From an uncultured Spirochaetota bacterium (GTDB taxonomy: Bacteria > Spirochaetota > Brevinematia > Brevinematales > JAOACQ01): a DNA stretch of 64,000 nt. Location: positions 608,001-672,000 of the forward strand of contig CAWIGG010000004.1 of NCBI GenBank assembly GCA_963835575.1, written 5' to 3'. The notes beneath the pieces are model-generated. The model searched no databases, had not been told where the DNA came from, and saw only the letters and a list, made by a program, of their open reading frames with translations. This document shows, one piece after another, positions 1 to 10,427 of this stretch. Both the position numbers and the translations under genes were made by a program. Numbering within the stretch: the stretch's first letter is position 1; each line of letters starts with the position of its first letter.

Positions 1-750
1 TTTTAAGCCTGTATCAAAATCAATACCGGAGAATGTCTCTCCCCGGTCAAACCATTCGCCATGCCTGTTCCCGAAACGGTGGTCGCCTTTTTCAAAAACA
101 GTGCTTTGCGTGTATTTCCCCGAAAGAAGGCCGCTGGCCAGCGGGACCCGCGCCAGGATACCCACATTCTTTTTCGCCGCGATGCCGAAAAAGAGCTCGG
201 AAGGGCGCTGACGGAACATGTTGAAAATGATCTGGACCGTCGTTACATTTGGAAATTCAACGGCCTTGACCGCTTCCTCGACTCTTTCAACGCTGACGCC
301 CATATTCAGGATTTTACCCTGCTTTTTCAATTTATCAAAGGCGTCAAATATCTCCGGCCTGTAATAGACCTCCGCGGGAGGGCAGTGCAGCTGGATCAGG
401 TCCAACGCGTCAAGCTTCATGTTTTTCAGGCTGTCCTCTACAAACCGCATGAGGGCTTCTATCGTATATGCCGCGTTATTATGCTCTTTCAGCCTCCTGC
501 CGCATTTTGTCGCCATGTATATTCTTTCCTTCCTGGATTTTACAACCCTCGCCGCAGCCGCTTCGCTTAAACCGTCCGAATAGACATCGGCGGTGTCAAT
601 AAAATTTATTCCGTTATCAATCGCCTGGTTTATAATGACTTCGGCGTTTTTATCATCGAAAGAACTGCCCCATTTCCCGCCGACCTGCCATGTGCCAAGC
701 GAGATTTCCGAGACTTTAAATCCGGTTTTTCCCAGCGTCCTGTATTTCAT
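1..750 (-). CDS. Aldo/keto reductase (3' end runs off window)
   Basis: Manual translation from ATG at 750: MKYRTLGKTGFKVSEISLGTWQVGGKWG...FIDTADVY. AGGAGG RBS overlaps the pheT stop. Not in the ORF track. Confidence 0.9.
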   Translation of the reverse strand, partial: MKYRTLGKTGFKVSEISLGTWQVGGKWGSSFDDKNAEVIINQAIDNGINFIDTADVYSDGLSEAAAARVVKSRKERIYMATKCGRRLKEHNNAAYTIEALMRFVEDSLKNMKLDALDLIQLHCPPAEVYYRPEIFDAFDKLKKQGKILNMGVSVERVEEAVKAVEFPNVTTVQIIFNMFRQRPSELFFGIAAKKNVGILARVPLASGLLSGKYTQSTVFEKGDHRFGNRHGEWFDRGETFSGIDFDTGLK

Positions 751-759
751 ATGCCCTCC

Positions 760-3111
760 TTATTCCCTCAGTTCCGCATTGTATTTTTCTTTTAAGACCG
801 CCACAAGCTTCACCATGACTTCATTTACTTCCGCGTCGGTCAGCGTGCGCTCTTTACTCTGGAATGTTATGGAAAATGTGACGCTCTTTTTATTCTCGCC
901 GATCTGCGCTCCTTTAAACAGGTCAACATATTTCACATCCCGGATCCATTCATGGAACGATTCGATTGAGAGCATGATAGTTCTTGAAAGAGCATCCTTT
1001 TCTATGACAAGGGAAATATCGCGGCTGTTCGGCGGGAATTTACCGGCATCTTTAAGCGGATTCTCCTGATTTAAATAATCTCTCAGCGGCAGCGTCTCAA
1101 ACTCGCCGATATACGCCCCGAAACGGAGATCAAGCTTTCCCATAATGTCCGGATGGATTTCGCCGGCGAACCCGATGGGTTTTCCGTCCACTAAAACCTC
1201 GGCGGAATTAACCGGGTGGAGAAACGGCAGCTGAACCTGCCTGAAATCAATTTTCTCCGCTCCCATTTTTCTTAACAGATATTCCAGAATACCCGATGCC
1301 GAGTAATAATCATATTTCTCGCCGTAGAAGATGAACCCCGCTTTTTTTGTCTCAATAAAATTATTCTTCTTTTTATGAAAAGTCCTGCCGATTTCATAAA
1401 AACATGTGTTGTTTTTATAAGCGTTCTTCGCGTTGTACTCCGCTGTTTTAAGAAGCCCCATGAACAAATAGTTTCTCATGATGGCCGCGTCGCTTGAAAG
1501 CGGGTTCTGGAGCTTGAGGAGGTTTTCCTCTTTAGCATTGAAGAGAGAGAGTTCTTCCTCGTTTGTAAAGCTGAAATTATAGGCTTCCGAAAAACCCCTG
1601 TTCGATAATATCTCACGTATTTTTGTTTCCTCATCTTTTTTAAGCAGAAGCCCGTCCACATCCACCGGCGGTTTGAACATATTCTGGGGAATATTATTAT
1701 AGCCGTAGATCCGGGCAACTTCTTCGACTATATCAATAACGCGGCAGACATCCGAGCGGAATGTGGGGACCTTTACCTCAAGCGCGTCTTCCCGTTTAGC
1801 CAGGATATTAAATTTAAGCCGTTTCAGGATCGCTTCAATCGCCCGCAGAGTGAGTTTGACCCCTAATTTTGAAGAAACAAAATCGGCTTTAACATTGATT
1901 ATAACGTCCTTGAAAATATTGACATATTCATCCCTGATTTTTGAGATTTTCGGCGTACAGGTCATCAGGATTATTTCCGCCGCCCTTTCGATCGCGCTGA
2001 CCGTAATACCCCAGTCGGCCGTCCGTTCAAAACGGTATGAAGCTTCGGTGCGGAGCCCGAGCTTTTTAGCCGTTTTCCGTATGCAGACGGGGTCGAAATA
2101 AGCGCTTTCCAGAAGGATATCAACAGTTGAATCCATCACCTGGCTGTTCTCGCCGCCCATAATGCCGGCAAGCGCGACGGATTTTTTGCCGTCGGCGATC
2201 AGGAGCATGGAATCGTCCAGCGCATGGCTCTGACCGTCAAGGGTTTTAAATTTCTCGCCTTTTCCCGCTTTCCGGACTATGATCTTCTGACCGTCCAGTT
2301 TTTCAAGGTCAAAGGCATGCATGGGGTGGCCGATCTCCAGGAGCACATAATTTGTCGCGTCGACGATATTATTGATGGCGCGGATGCCGCAAAGCTCGAG
2401 CTTTCTTTTCAGCCATTCCGGCGATTCTTTTACTTTAATGCCGCGTAAAATCTGCGCGGAATACCGGGGGCAGAGATTTCTTTCTTCTATAGTAATGTCT
2501 GGTATTTCATCGCCGGATTCCTGCTCGGCAGGATTTGGAATAATGAGTTCTTTATCCAGCATGGCCGCGACTTCCCTCGCCAGGCCGATGACTGAAAGGC
2601 AGTCGGAACGGTTGGAAGTCAGCTCCACTTCGAGAAGGTAATCCTCTTCGGTATATATTTCAAATAAGGATTTCGCCGTCTTTTCCTCTTTTCCAAGTAT
2701 CCAGATATCCGGACTTTTTTCTTCCAGGTTAAGATTTTCCCTGGCCAGCATCATCCCTTCGGATTTTTCCCCTTTAATGACCGCTTCCTTGATCTCGATG
2801 CCGTTCGGCAATACAGTGCCGGGAACAGCCATGACCACAAAATTTCCCTTTTCCAGGGCCTTGCTGTTTGTAATCAAACGGTATGTTTTTTTCGCGGCCG
2901 TGACAACCGCGACTCTAAGATTATCAGCCTGGGGATGCTTAATCAATTCGGTTACTTTTCCCAGCAGGATCTTTTCAATGTTTTCCTGGCCGATGCCGAT
3001 GTTTTTTACGCCGACAACCTCAGGGCCGACGGAAGTCAGTCTTTGCGCGAGGTCCTTTACCGGGATATCTATCTTTACAAATTCTTTAAGCCAGTTATAT
3101 GTTACTTTCAT
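760..3111 (-). CDS. pheT: Phenylalanine--tRNA ligase beta subunit
   Basis: MKVTYNWLKEF start, NRSDCLS, RFER, C-terminal FDX-ACB domain (RTLTDAEVN); follows pheS. Confidence 0.98.
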   Translation of the reverse strand: MKVTYNWLKEFVKIDIPVKDLAQRLTSVGPEVVGVKNIGIGQENIEKILLGKVTELIKHPQADNLRVAVVTAAKKTYRLITNSKALEKGNFVVMAVPGTVLPNGIEIKEAVIKGEKSEGMMLARENLNLEEKSPDIWILGKEEKTAKSLFEIYTEEDYLLEVELTSNRSDCLSVIGLAREVAAMLDKELIIPNPAEQESGDEIPDITIEERNLCPRYSAQILRGIKVKESPEWLKRKLELCGIRAINNIVDATNYVLLEIGHPMHAFDLEKLDGQKIIVRKAGKGEKFKTLDGQSHALDDSMLLIADGKKSVALAGIMGGENSQVMDSTVDILLESAYFDPVCIRKTAKKLGLRTEASYRFERTADWGITVSAIERAAEIILMTCTPKISKIRDEYVNIFKDVIINVKADFVSSKLGVKLTLRAIEAILKRLKFNILAKREDALEVKVPTFRSDVCRVIDIVEEVARIYGYNNIPQNMFKPPVDVDGLLLKKDEETKIREILSNRGFSEAYNFSFTNEEELSLFNAKEENLLKLQNPLSSDAAIMRNYLFMGLLKTAEYNAKNAYKNNTCFYEIGRTFHKKKNNFIETKKAGFIFYGEKYDYYSASGILEYLLRKMGAEKIDFRQVQLPFLHPVNSAEVLVDGKPIGFAGEIHPDIMGKLDLRFGAYIGEFETLPLRDYLNQENPLKDAGKFPPNSRDISLVIEKDALSRTIMLSIESFHEWIRDVKYVDLFKGAQIGENKKSVTFSITFQSKERTLTDAEVNEVMVKLVAVLKEKYNAELRE

Positions 3112-3119
3112 ACATCCTC

Positions 3120-4169
3120 CTACTTCACAAACTGCTCAAGGAGCCGCATATCATTCTCAAAGAACTGCCGGATATCCTTGATCCCGTACACGGTCATGGC
3201 CACCCTTTCAATGCCCAGGCCGAACGCGAACCCGGAGTAAATATCAGGATCGATCCCGCAGTTTTCAAGGACGATCGGGTCCACCATACCGCAGCCCATC
3301 AGCTCCACCCAGCCTGTCTGCTTGCAGACGCCGCATTTTTTCCCATGGCAGACGGGGCATGTCACAGCCAGTTCAGCTGAAGGCTCCGTAAAGGGAAAGT
3401 AGTCCGGGCGCAGGCGGATATTGGTGCCTTCTCCGAACATCAGTTTTGCCCAGAGGAGCAGTGTCCCCTTGAGGTCCGCGAATGAAACGCCTTTGTCCAC
3501 AACAAGGCCTTCCATCTGATGGAAAACAGGGGAATGCGTCGCGTCCACAGCGTCCCTCCGGTAGCACCTCCCGGGCACAATAATAGCGATCGGGGGCTTT
3601 TTAATTTTCATGGTCCTGATCTGGACCGGGGATGTATGAGTCCTTAATAACTTTCCTGAACCGAAAAAGAATGAATCATGATCGTCGCGCGCCGGATGAT
3701 GCGCCGGAATGTTGAGCGCTTCAAAATTATAGTACTCCTCTTCCATTTCCGGACCGTCGGCCACGCTGTAGCCCATGCTTTTAAAAACATTGACCATTTT
3801 ATCGACAACCTGAGTCAGCGGGTGATAATAGCCGATAAACGGAACGTTCTTCGGGATTGAAATATCATCCACTCCGGATTTTAATTTCGTTTCTTTTGCC
3901 GCCTTTTCAATAGACGCGGAAGCCTCATCCAGCATACGGGAAATTTCATCCTTGATTTCGTTCGCTATTTTTCCGGTCTCCCTGCGGGCTTCATCGCTTA
4001 AACTTCCAATTTTGCTTAATATATCCTTCAGGAAACCTTTTTTCCCAAGATATTTAATACGCAATTCTTCCAGCATTTTCGGGTCGGCGGTTTTGGACAA
4101 TTCCTGTCTGGCTTCATCCCTTATCTTCAGTAATTCTTCCTTCATACCCTCTTCTCCATATACAAACAT
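3120..4169 (-). CDS. pheS: Phenylalanine--tRNA ligase alpha subunit (probable start 4145)
   Basis: HHPARDDHD, LRTHTSPVQ, FHQMEG, YFPFTEPS, GFAFGLGIER motifs. Confidence 0.98.
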   Translation of the reverse strand: MFVYGEEGMKEELLKIRDEARQELSKTADPKMLEELRIKYLGKKGFLKDILSKIGSLSDEARRETGKIANEIKDEISRMLDEASASIEKAAKETKLKSGVDDISIPKNVPFIGYYHPLTQVVDKMVNVFKSMGYSVADGPEMEEEYYNFEALNIPAHHPARDDHDSFFFGSGKLLRTHTSPVQIRTMKIKKPPIAIIVPGRCYRRDAVDATHSPVFHQMEGLVVDKGVSFADLKGTLLLWAKLMFGEGTNIRLRPDYFPFTEPSAELAVTCPVCHGKKCGVCKQTGWVELMGCGMVDPIVLENCGIDPDIYSGFAFGLGIERVAMTVYGIKDIRQFFENDMRLLEQFVK

Positions 4170-4510
4170 GAATCATTTTATATTAAAAATGAAATTTTGA
4201 CAATTACAGGCCAATCTAAAAATTATCAGGATTGACATGAAATGAGCTGTGAGGATATTCGATACCTGATTTTATTATTGATAAAATGATACGGCTGCTT
4301 AAAGCTAACTGTCTTATAAATCTCAAATTATACATAATATGAAAAATTATCATCATTGACAAAATCGTATGATGAATTATAATATTTTTTGTAGCGCTCC
4401 TCATAATTGAATTTTATCGACAGAAAAGGAATCTGAAAAACCGGGTTGCTTGGATTTTAAACAATACGCATCCGGATCTTTAAACCTGATTCGGATAATA
4501 AAAAGTAAAG

Positions 4511-7500
4511 ATGGGCGGCGAAATCATGGATCATAAAAAAGTTGTTCTCCTTGTCGAAGATGATGCCATTTTAGGCATGGCCGAAGCTGAGATGTTATCA
4601 GGACATGGTTTTAAAGTAATCACCGCCGTCAGCGGGGGAAAAGCCGTTGAAGCGGTAAAAAAAACCCCGGATATCAGCATGGTCCTGATGGACATCAACC
4701 TCGGCAAAGGCATCGACGGCACACAGGCGGCGAAAGAAATATTAAAAATCAGAGAACTGCCGATCGTTTTTTTAACATCCCACTCGGAAAAGGAGATGGT
4801 GGACAGGGTTAAAAACATTACGAGCTACGGATACGTATTGAAGAACTCGGGCGAATTCGTATTGACTGAATCCATCAGCATGGCTTATGAATTATTTAAC
4901 GCTCATCAGGACCTGAAAAAAGATATCGAAAAGCGTAAAAAGACAGAGAAAGCCCTGCGGGCAAGCGAAGAGAAATTCCGCTCCATCTTTGAGAATTCTA
5001 CGGCCGGGGTCGCTCTTGTCGGGCTCGACGGACGTTACCAGATGGTCAATCCGGCTTTCAGCGGGATATTCGGCTATTCAGCCGAAGATTTATTAACAAT
5101 CGATTTCTTCAAGATCACCCATCCGGATGATATTGAGCTCAGCCGGAACACTTTGCAGAATGTTCTGGACAACAAAGGTAAAAGTCTTCATTTTTCCAAG
5201 CGCTACATCCATAAAGACGGGCATACAATCTGGACCGAAGTCAGTTCGGCGCTTGTATATGGAACGGATGGCAAACCGGCCTATTTTGTTACCCATATAA
5301 TCGATATCACCGAAAGGATAAAAGCGGAACAGGCGCTCAAAGATAGCGAAGAACGCTACCGGTTAATCGCCGATGTTACCACCGATTATTTTTTTAAAAT
5401 CCGTGTAAATGAACAACGAAAGATAATAATTGAATATGCTTCGGAAAATTTTACAAAAACTACAGGTAGATCTCCTGATGAAGTCAATTCCATGGCATCC
5501 TGGGACAAAATCTTTCATCCTGAGGATTTTCCCCTGGTGCTTAAATTTATGGATCATGTTTTTTCGACAGGAGAACCGGATTCCATGGAATGCAGGACTC
5601 TCGCACGGGGAAAAATGCGCTGGATCAGTATTCTGGTCAATCCGCAGAAAGACCCATTAAGCGGAAAAGTAAACCTGATCTTTGGAGCTGTTAAAGACAT
5701 AACGGCGCGTAAAAATGCGGAAGAAGCCCTGCGCGACAGCGAAGAACGGTATAGATTTCTATTTAATAACACACAGGTCGGCATATTCCGGGCAAGGCTG
5801 GAAGATGGAAAAATCATTGAATGCAATGATTTTTTTGCCCATCAAGCCGGATATTCATCAGTTGAGGAGTGCTGTAATGACTATGTGACCTCAGAACACT
5901 ATGTTGATCCTGAAAAACGCTCCCAGTTGATAAAAGAACTGCTCAAAAAAGGAACTAATGAAAACATTGATGTTCAAATGACAATAAAGGACGGCACGCC
6001 TATCTGGGTAAGTTTTTACTCCAAGGCTTATCCGGAAGAAGGTTTTCTTGTCGGAGTTGCGGTTGACATAACAGAGCGCAAAAAAGTTGAGGAACAGCTG
6101 ATAAATACAAAGGCCATGCTTGAAACCGCTTTCATGCAGACCCCGATCCCGATGGTTCTTGTCAGTGTACCGGACTATATTATCCGCATCGTCAATCCGG
6201 CCAGCATAGAATTCCTCGGTTTACAGGATGAACCTGATCATCAGGGAGAATCATTTTTCCAGTTCAAACAAACCTGGCAGGACTATGACGCGAAGGGGAA
6301 CCAAAAACCAATTAACGAAATGCCGCTTGCTCTAGCAATGACAGGCATAGAAACTAAAAACAAAGAGTTTTTTGTTAAAAGAAAGGGCGGAAGCATACGC
6401 TGGGAAATCGTAACCGCTTCTCCGGTCCGGAATAATTCCGGGGAGATCATTGCCGCTTACCTGGTATTTCCGGACATCACAGTACGGAAAAATGCGGAGG
6501 AAGCCCTGTTCCGCGAACAGGAAAAATCCAGAATGTATCTTAATATAGCGCCTTCCATTATATTAGTTCTCGATTCTCAAGGCAATATTACACTTATTAA
6601 CGAGCAAGGCTGCCGGATACTTGAGTGTGTGCAGTCTGAGATCATCGGTAGGAACTGGTTTGACACTTTTATACCGGAAAAAAGACGCGAGCAGGACAAA
6701 ATGATTTTCAGACGATTAATAGCGGGAGAAGTAGAGCCTGTTGAATATATGGAAAACAGCGTTTTGACCAGAAAAGGCAGTGAGCGCCTCATGCTCTGGC
6801 ATAATACTGTTATGAAGGATGAAGCCGGCCGGAACACCGGAACTATCGCCTCAGCCGAAGATATTACAGAACGTAAAAAGGCTGAAAATGAAATCAGGCT
6901 GCTTCTGAATGAACGGGAACTTCTTCTGACTGAGGTACATCACAGGATCAAGAATGATATGAGTATCATCAGTTCCATGCTCTCGGTCCAGGCAAATTCA
7001 AGCCGGGAAGAAATAATTAGAACCGAGCTTCTGGAAACGCAGGCCAGGATAAATATCATGTTTAATATTTATAATGAATTGTATAAAGGAAAGAATTTTT
7101 CAGTTATTCCGCTGAAAACATTTATTATTGATCTGATTAAAAATATTCAATATCTCTACAGTGTAATGAACCCTGTTAATGTCGGTACTGATATTGACGA
7201 TGCCAATATCAGCAGAAAAATATCTTTCCCTGTCGGGATGATTGTTAATGAAGTGATAACCAATTCATTCAAATACGCTTTTCCAAAAAAAGACAATAAA
7301 AATCAAATAAAGATTTCTGTAAAGAAAAATAAAAACAACCGGCTATTCATCTGCATTTCTGATAACGGCATAGGCTTCCCTGAAGAGATATTAAAAACCG
7401 GCTCCGGCGGCTTCGGCTTAAAACTTATTGAGATGCTTTCCCGGCAGACAAACGGCACAACAAGATTTTATAATTATAACGGCGCTGCTTTTGAGCTGAC

Positions 7501-7519
7501 AATCCCGCTGGAAGAATAA
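4511..7519 (+). CDS. Hybrid sensor: receiver domain, about 5 PAS domains, HisKA_2-type histidine kinase
   Basis: LLVEDD and LMDINL receiver, repeated DITERK PAS/PAC ends, EVHHRIKN H-box, NEVITNSFKYAF, DNGIG, GFGL. Confidence 0.92.
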   Translation: MGGEIMDHKKVVLLVEDDAILGMAEAEMLSGHGFKVITAVSGGKAVEAVKKTPDISMVLMDINLGKGIDGTQAAKEILKIRELPIVFLTSHSEKEMVDRVKNITSYGYVLKNSGEFVLTESISMAYELFNAHQDLKKDIEKRKKTEKALRASEEKFRSIFENSTAGVALVGLDGRYQMVNPAFSGIFGYSAEDLLTIDFFKITHPDDIELSRNTLQNVLDNKGKSLHFSKRYIHKDGHTIWTEVSSALVYGTDGKPAYFVTHIIDITERIKAEQALKDSEERYRLIADVTTDYFFKIRVNEQRKIIIEYASENFTKTTGRSPDEVNSMASWDKIFHPEDFPLVLKFMDHVFSTGEPDSMECRTLARGKMRWISILVNPQKDPLSGKVNLIFGAVKDITARKNAEEALRDSEERYRFLFNNTQVGIFRARLEDGKIIECNDFFAHQAGYSSVEECCNDYVTSEHYVDPEKRSQLIKELLKKGTNENIDVQMTIKDGTPIWVSFYSKAYPEEGFLVGVAVDITERKKVEEQLINTKAMLETAFMQTPIPMVLVSVPDYIIRIVNPASIEFLGLQDEPDHQGESFFQFKQTWQDYDAKGNQKPINEMPLALAMTGIETKNKEFFVKRKGGSIRWEIVTASPVRNNSGEIIAAYLVFPDITVRKNAEEALFREQEKSRMYLNIAPSIILVLDSQGNITLINEQGCRILECVQSEIIGRNWFDTFIPEKRREQDKMIFRRLIAGEVEPVEYMENSVLTRKGSERLMLWHNTVMKDEAGRNTGTIASAEDITERKKAENEIRLLLNERELLLTEVHHRIKNDMSIISSMLSVQANSSREEIIRTELLETQARINIMFNIYNELYKGKNFSVIPLKTFIIDLIKNIQYLYSVMNPVNVGTDIDDANISRKISFPVGMIVNEVITNSFKYAFPKKDNKNQIKISVKKNKNNRLFICISDNGIGFPEEILKTGSGGFGLKLIEMLSRQTNGTTRFYNYNGAAFELTIPLEE

Positions 7520-7571
7520 AAATATTTATGTGATCATTACAAACTTTATTTAGGGTTTGCTAAATAATAAC

Positions 7572-7729
7572 AAAAACCGTCATTGCGAGCGGCCAATTTT
7601 ATCCTTCGACGATTATTCTTATGCGAAGCAATCTGTTTATTCATTAAGTTATCTTTATTTGCAGACAGATTGCTTCGCGCTGTAACCATTACCGGGGTAC
7701 AGCGCTGGATGCTCGCAATGACGGTTTTT
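7572..7729. repeat. REP-like nested palindrome (GTCATTGCGAG...GAAGCAATC...GATTGCTTC...CTCGCAATGAC type)
   Basis: Perfect 19-bp outer IR (7572-7590/7711-7729), perfect 14-bp inner IR (7623-7636/7665-7678), third 8-bp stem; between convergent genes. Confidence 0.8.
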
Positions 7730-7731
7730 AT

Positions 7732-8508
7732 TCACACATCCTTCATCTTCAACACCATGAATTTATAAAACATATTGTCCAGAATTTTCGGGGCGAAGAA
7801 ATTCATGATCCCGAGAAAGCCGCCTTCAACGACTTCCCTTTTCCCTTTTATCATGGCTTTTATTATCCTTCCGGCCACTTCCCCGGCCGTGGCTATTTTC
7901 ATATTTCCGTAATTCCTCGTCCCTTCTCTTCTGATAAAAGGCGTGTCCGTCATCGGCGGGCCGTATGTCAGCACTTTTATTCCGTACTTCCGGAGCTCCA
8001 TCCGCATCCCGTCCGACATCGAGTTCAGCATGCTTTTTGTGCCGCCGTAAGCGGATAGAAAGGGCAGGGCCCGCCGGCTCAATCCGGAAGAGATGTTTAC
8101 GATCATGCCTTTTGCTTTCTTTAACCATGGCAGAGCCGCCTTCAGCATATAAAGCGGGCCGTACAGGTTCGTTTTGACCACGTTGTCAAATTCGCTCATG
8201 GACATCTTTTCCAGCGAGCCGAAAAGGCCGACCCCCGCGTTATTCACAAGAATATCAATACGGCCGAAACGCGCGGCGGCTTTTTTTACCGCTTCTTTGA
8301 CCCTTTTCTCGCTTGTCACATCCGCCTGAACAGCGATAACTCCGGTTTTTTTCGACAGCTTTGCCGCGATTTTATCCAGTTCCGGCTTTCTGCGCGCGAA
8401 GAGCGCCAGCTTCGCACCCTTACCGGCCAGATCAAAAGCGAGCGCTTTTCCGATGCCGCTGGAGGCCCCGGTTATAACAACGACTTTGTCTTTTACATTC
8501 ATAAACAT
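7732..8508 (-). CDS. Short-chain dehydrogenase/reductase
   Basis: TGASSGIG, NNAG, YGGTK (YxxxK). Confidence 0.95.
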   Translation of the reverse strand: MFMNVKDKVVVITGASSGIGKALAFDLAGKGAKLALFARRKPELDKIAAKLSKKTGVIAVQADVTSEKRVKEAVKKAAARFGRIDILVNNAGVGLFGSLEKMSMSEFDNVVKTNLYGPLYMLKAALPWLKKAKGMIVNISSGLSRRALPFLSAYGGTKSMLNSMSDGMRMELRKYGIKVLTYGPPMTDTPFIRREGTRNYGNMKIATAGEVAGRIIKAMIKGKREVVEGGFLGIMNFFAPKILDNMFYKFMVLKMKDV

Positions 8509-8571
8509 CTCCTATTCAATTGAATGTCTATTTTAATATATGATGAAATTAAGAAAAAGGAAAGCGGGGTT

Positions 8572-8751
8572 TTATTTTTCCTTGTTTAAGCATTTACCGC
8601 AAAGCTTTCTATTCAGGCAGAGTTCGCATCTTTCATCACAGCAGAACCGGCAGGCATAGCAGTCCGGGCAGTCATGTTTTTTCTTCTTTGCCGGTTCTTC
8701 ATCGGGAGTATAGACCCTGCCGATAACGCCGGGGATTTCAATAAAAGGCAT
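8572..8751 (-). CDS. Small Cys-rich hypothetical protein (59 aa)
   Basis: Manual translation MPFIEIPGVIGRVYTPDEEPAKKKKHDCPDCYACRFCCDERCELCLNRKLCGKCLNKEK*; GGAG RBS; below ORF-track cut-off. Confidence 0.7.
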   Translation of the reverse strand: MPFIEIPGVIGRVYTPDEEPAKKKKHDCPDCYACRFCCDERCELCLNRKLCGKCLNKEK

Positions 8752-8870
8752 TTCCGCTCCATTTCACATGTGCGGTTCTAAAAACTTTGATTTTTAAACC
8801 GCACATTATCTATATATAATAATACTGCGGGCTAAAGTCAAACAAATTTTTATTTTCAACCGGAATAAAT

Positions 8871-10389
8871 GTAACTATCCAGCCACTAAAAAATAGTCAC
8901 ATGAAATATTTGCATTGAGCATGAACCATGCTATTCTATAGCATGAATGAAGATAGAAGAGAAAAAGACTGTGCGGCCTGCTTAAAACGATTTGAAGGCA
9001 TCATTGCTGATTTACAAAACCAGATAAAGGAGCAGGGTTTAATCATTCAAAGACAAGCGGAAAAGATTAAGAAATTGGAAGAACAGCTTAATAAGGACAG
9101 CCATAACAGCAATAAACCGCCGTCTTCCGATAATCCATTCCAAAATACAGTAAAGAATTTACGGAAAAAGAGCGGTAAAAAACAAGGCGGCCAGTTTGGA
9201 CATAAGGGAAATACTCTGAAGAAAGTAGAAAGCCCTGATAAGATCATAGAACATCAGGTTGAAAAATGTTCCTGTTGTGGAATTGATTTAAGTTCCGAAT
9301 CAGTTAAGCGGACGGAAAGAAGGCAGGTGTTCGATATACCTCCGATAAAAGTGGAAGTTACCGAACATCGCTCGGAAGTAAAAGATTGTCCGCATTGCGG
9401 TGCGAGAGTAACGGCGGAGTTTCCGGAAGGCATAACCAATAAGGCACAGTATGGAAAAAACATTAAAGCGCATCTGGTCTATATGAAAACATATGGGTTG
9501 ATACCCTATGAAAGGCTTTCGGAATACGCCGAATGTTTATTGGGAGTGCCGCTCAGCAAGGCAACGATTGAAGGATTTATCCGGGAGACCTACAATAAAT
9601 TAGAAGAGTATGAACAGAAAGTCATAGAACTGATACTAAAAGAAGTGGTTCTTCACTGTGATGAAACCGGTATTCGGATAAAAGGGTTATTAAAATGGCT
9701 CCATGTTGCCTCGAATGAACGTTTTACCTATTATTTTTCTCATGACAAACGCGGCACAGAGGCGATGCGTGCGATGGACATTCTCACAAGATTTACCGGT
9801 ATTATTATCCACGATGGATGGAAAAGTTATCTGGAATTCTTATGCCGTCATGGATTGTGTAATGTACACCATTTGAGAGAGCTAATCTGGATACATGAGG
9901 AAATGGGTCAGGAATGGGCTAAGGAGATGGGTAATCTTCTTATAAGGATTAAGAATGATAAAGAGGCAAGTTTTCCAATACCGGCGGAAAGGATTATAGA
10001 ATATGATACGGAATATGACCGGATCATCGCGAAAGGATTTGCTGTAAATCCAACGCCTGAAAAGCCGGAAGGACTTGTTAAACGCGGCAGAAAAAAGCGG
10101 GGCAAGGTTTTATGCCTATTAGACCGATTAAGAAAATATAAAGAATCTGTCCTTTTATTTATGCGGGAAAAAGATGTTCCATTCAGCAACAATTTGGCGG
10201 AACGGGATATCAGAATGATAAAAGTCCAGCAGAAAATATCAGGTACATTCAGAAGCTGGAATGGAGCGGCTGCCTTTTGCAGAATCAGGGGTTATATATC
10301 TACAGTAAAAAAGATGGGCGTCAGTGTTTATCAAGCCCTTATTGACGCGTTGAACGGCTCCGCTATTAAATATGCGGCTGGATAGTTAC
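8871..10389 (+). mobile_element. IS66-family insertion sequence (single-ORF, ISBst12-like group)
   Basis: 14-bp TIR GTAACTATCCAGCC/GGCTGGATAGTTAC; 8-bp TSD GAATAAAT (8863-8870, 10390-10397). Confidence 0.95.
8928..10385 (+). CDS. IS66-family DDE transposase
   Basis: NSNKPPSSD, GGQFGHKG, Zn finger, HCDETG, HDGW, NNLAERDIR; stop lies inside right TIR. Confidence 0.95.
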   Translation: MLFYSMNEDRREKDCAACLKRFEGIIADLQNQIKEQGLIIQRQAEKIKKLEEQLNKDSHNSNKPPSSDNPFQNTVKNLRKKSGKKQGGQFGHKGNTLKKVESPDKIIEHQVEKCSCCGIDLSSESVKRTERRQVFDIPPIKVEVTEHRSEVKDCPHCGARVTAEFPEGITNKAQYGKNIKAHLVYMKTYGLIPYERLSEYAECLLGVPLSKATIEGFIRETYNKLEEYEQKVIELILKEVVLHCDETGIRIKGLLKWLHVASNERFTYYFSHDKRGTEAMRAMDILTRFTGIIIHDGWKSYLEFLCRHGLCNVHHLRELIWIHEEMGQEWAKEMGNLLIRIKNDKEASFPIPAERIIEYDTEYDRIIAKGFAVNPTPEKPEGLVKRGRKKRGKVLCLLDRLRKYKESVLLFMREKDVPFSNNLAERDIRMIKVQQKISGTFRSWNGAAAFCRIRGYISTVKKMGVSVYQALIDALNGSAIKYAAG

Positions 10390-10427
10390 GAATAAATTAT
10401 AATAATAAACCGGGTTTTTATATAATA

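Noticed and set aside
33..1069. + strand ORFs 33-224, 61-570, 593-1069
   Set aside because: Antisense to the aldo/keto reductase and pheT
4170..4400. T-box leader before pheS
   Set aside because: No T-box or antiterminator motif; region is AT-rich promoter DNA
4425..4495. Weak stem-loop upstream of the sensor kinase as a riboswitch
   Set aside because: Short imperfect pairing; no recognisable aptamer consensus or expression platform
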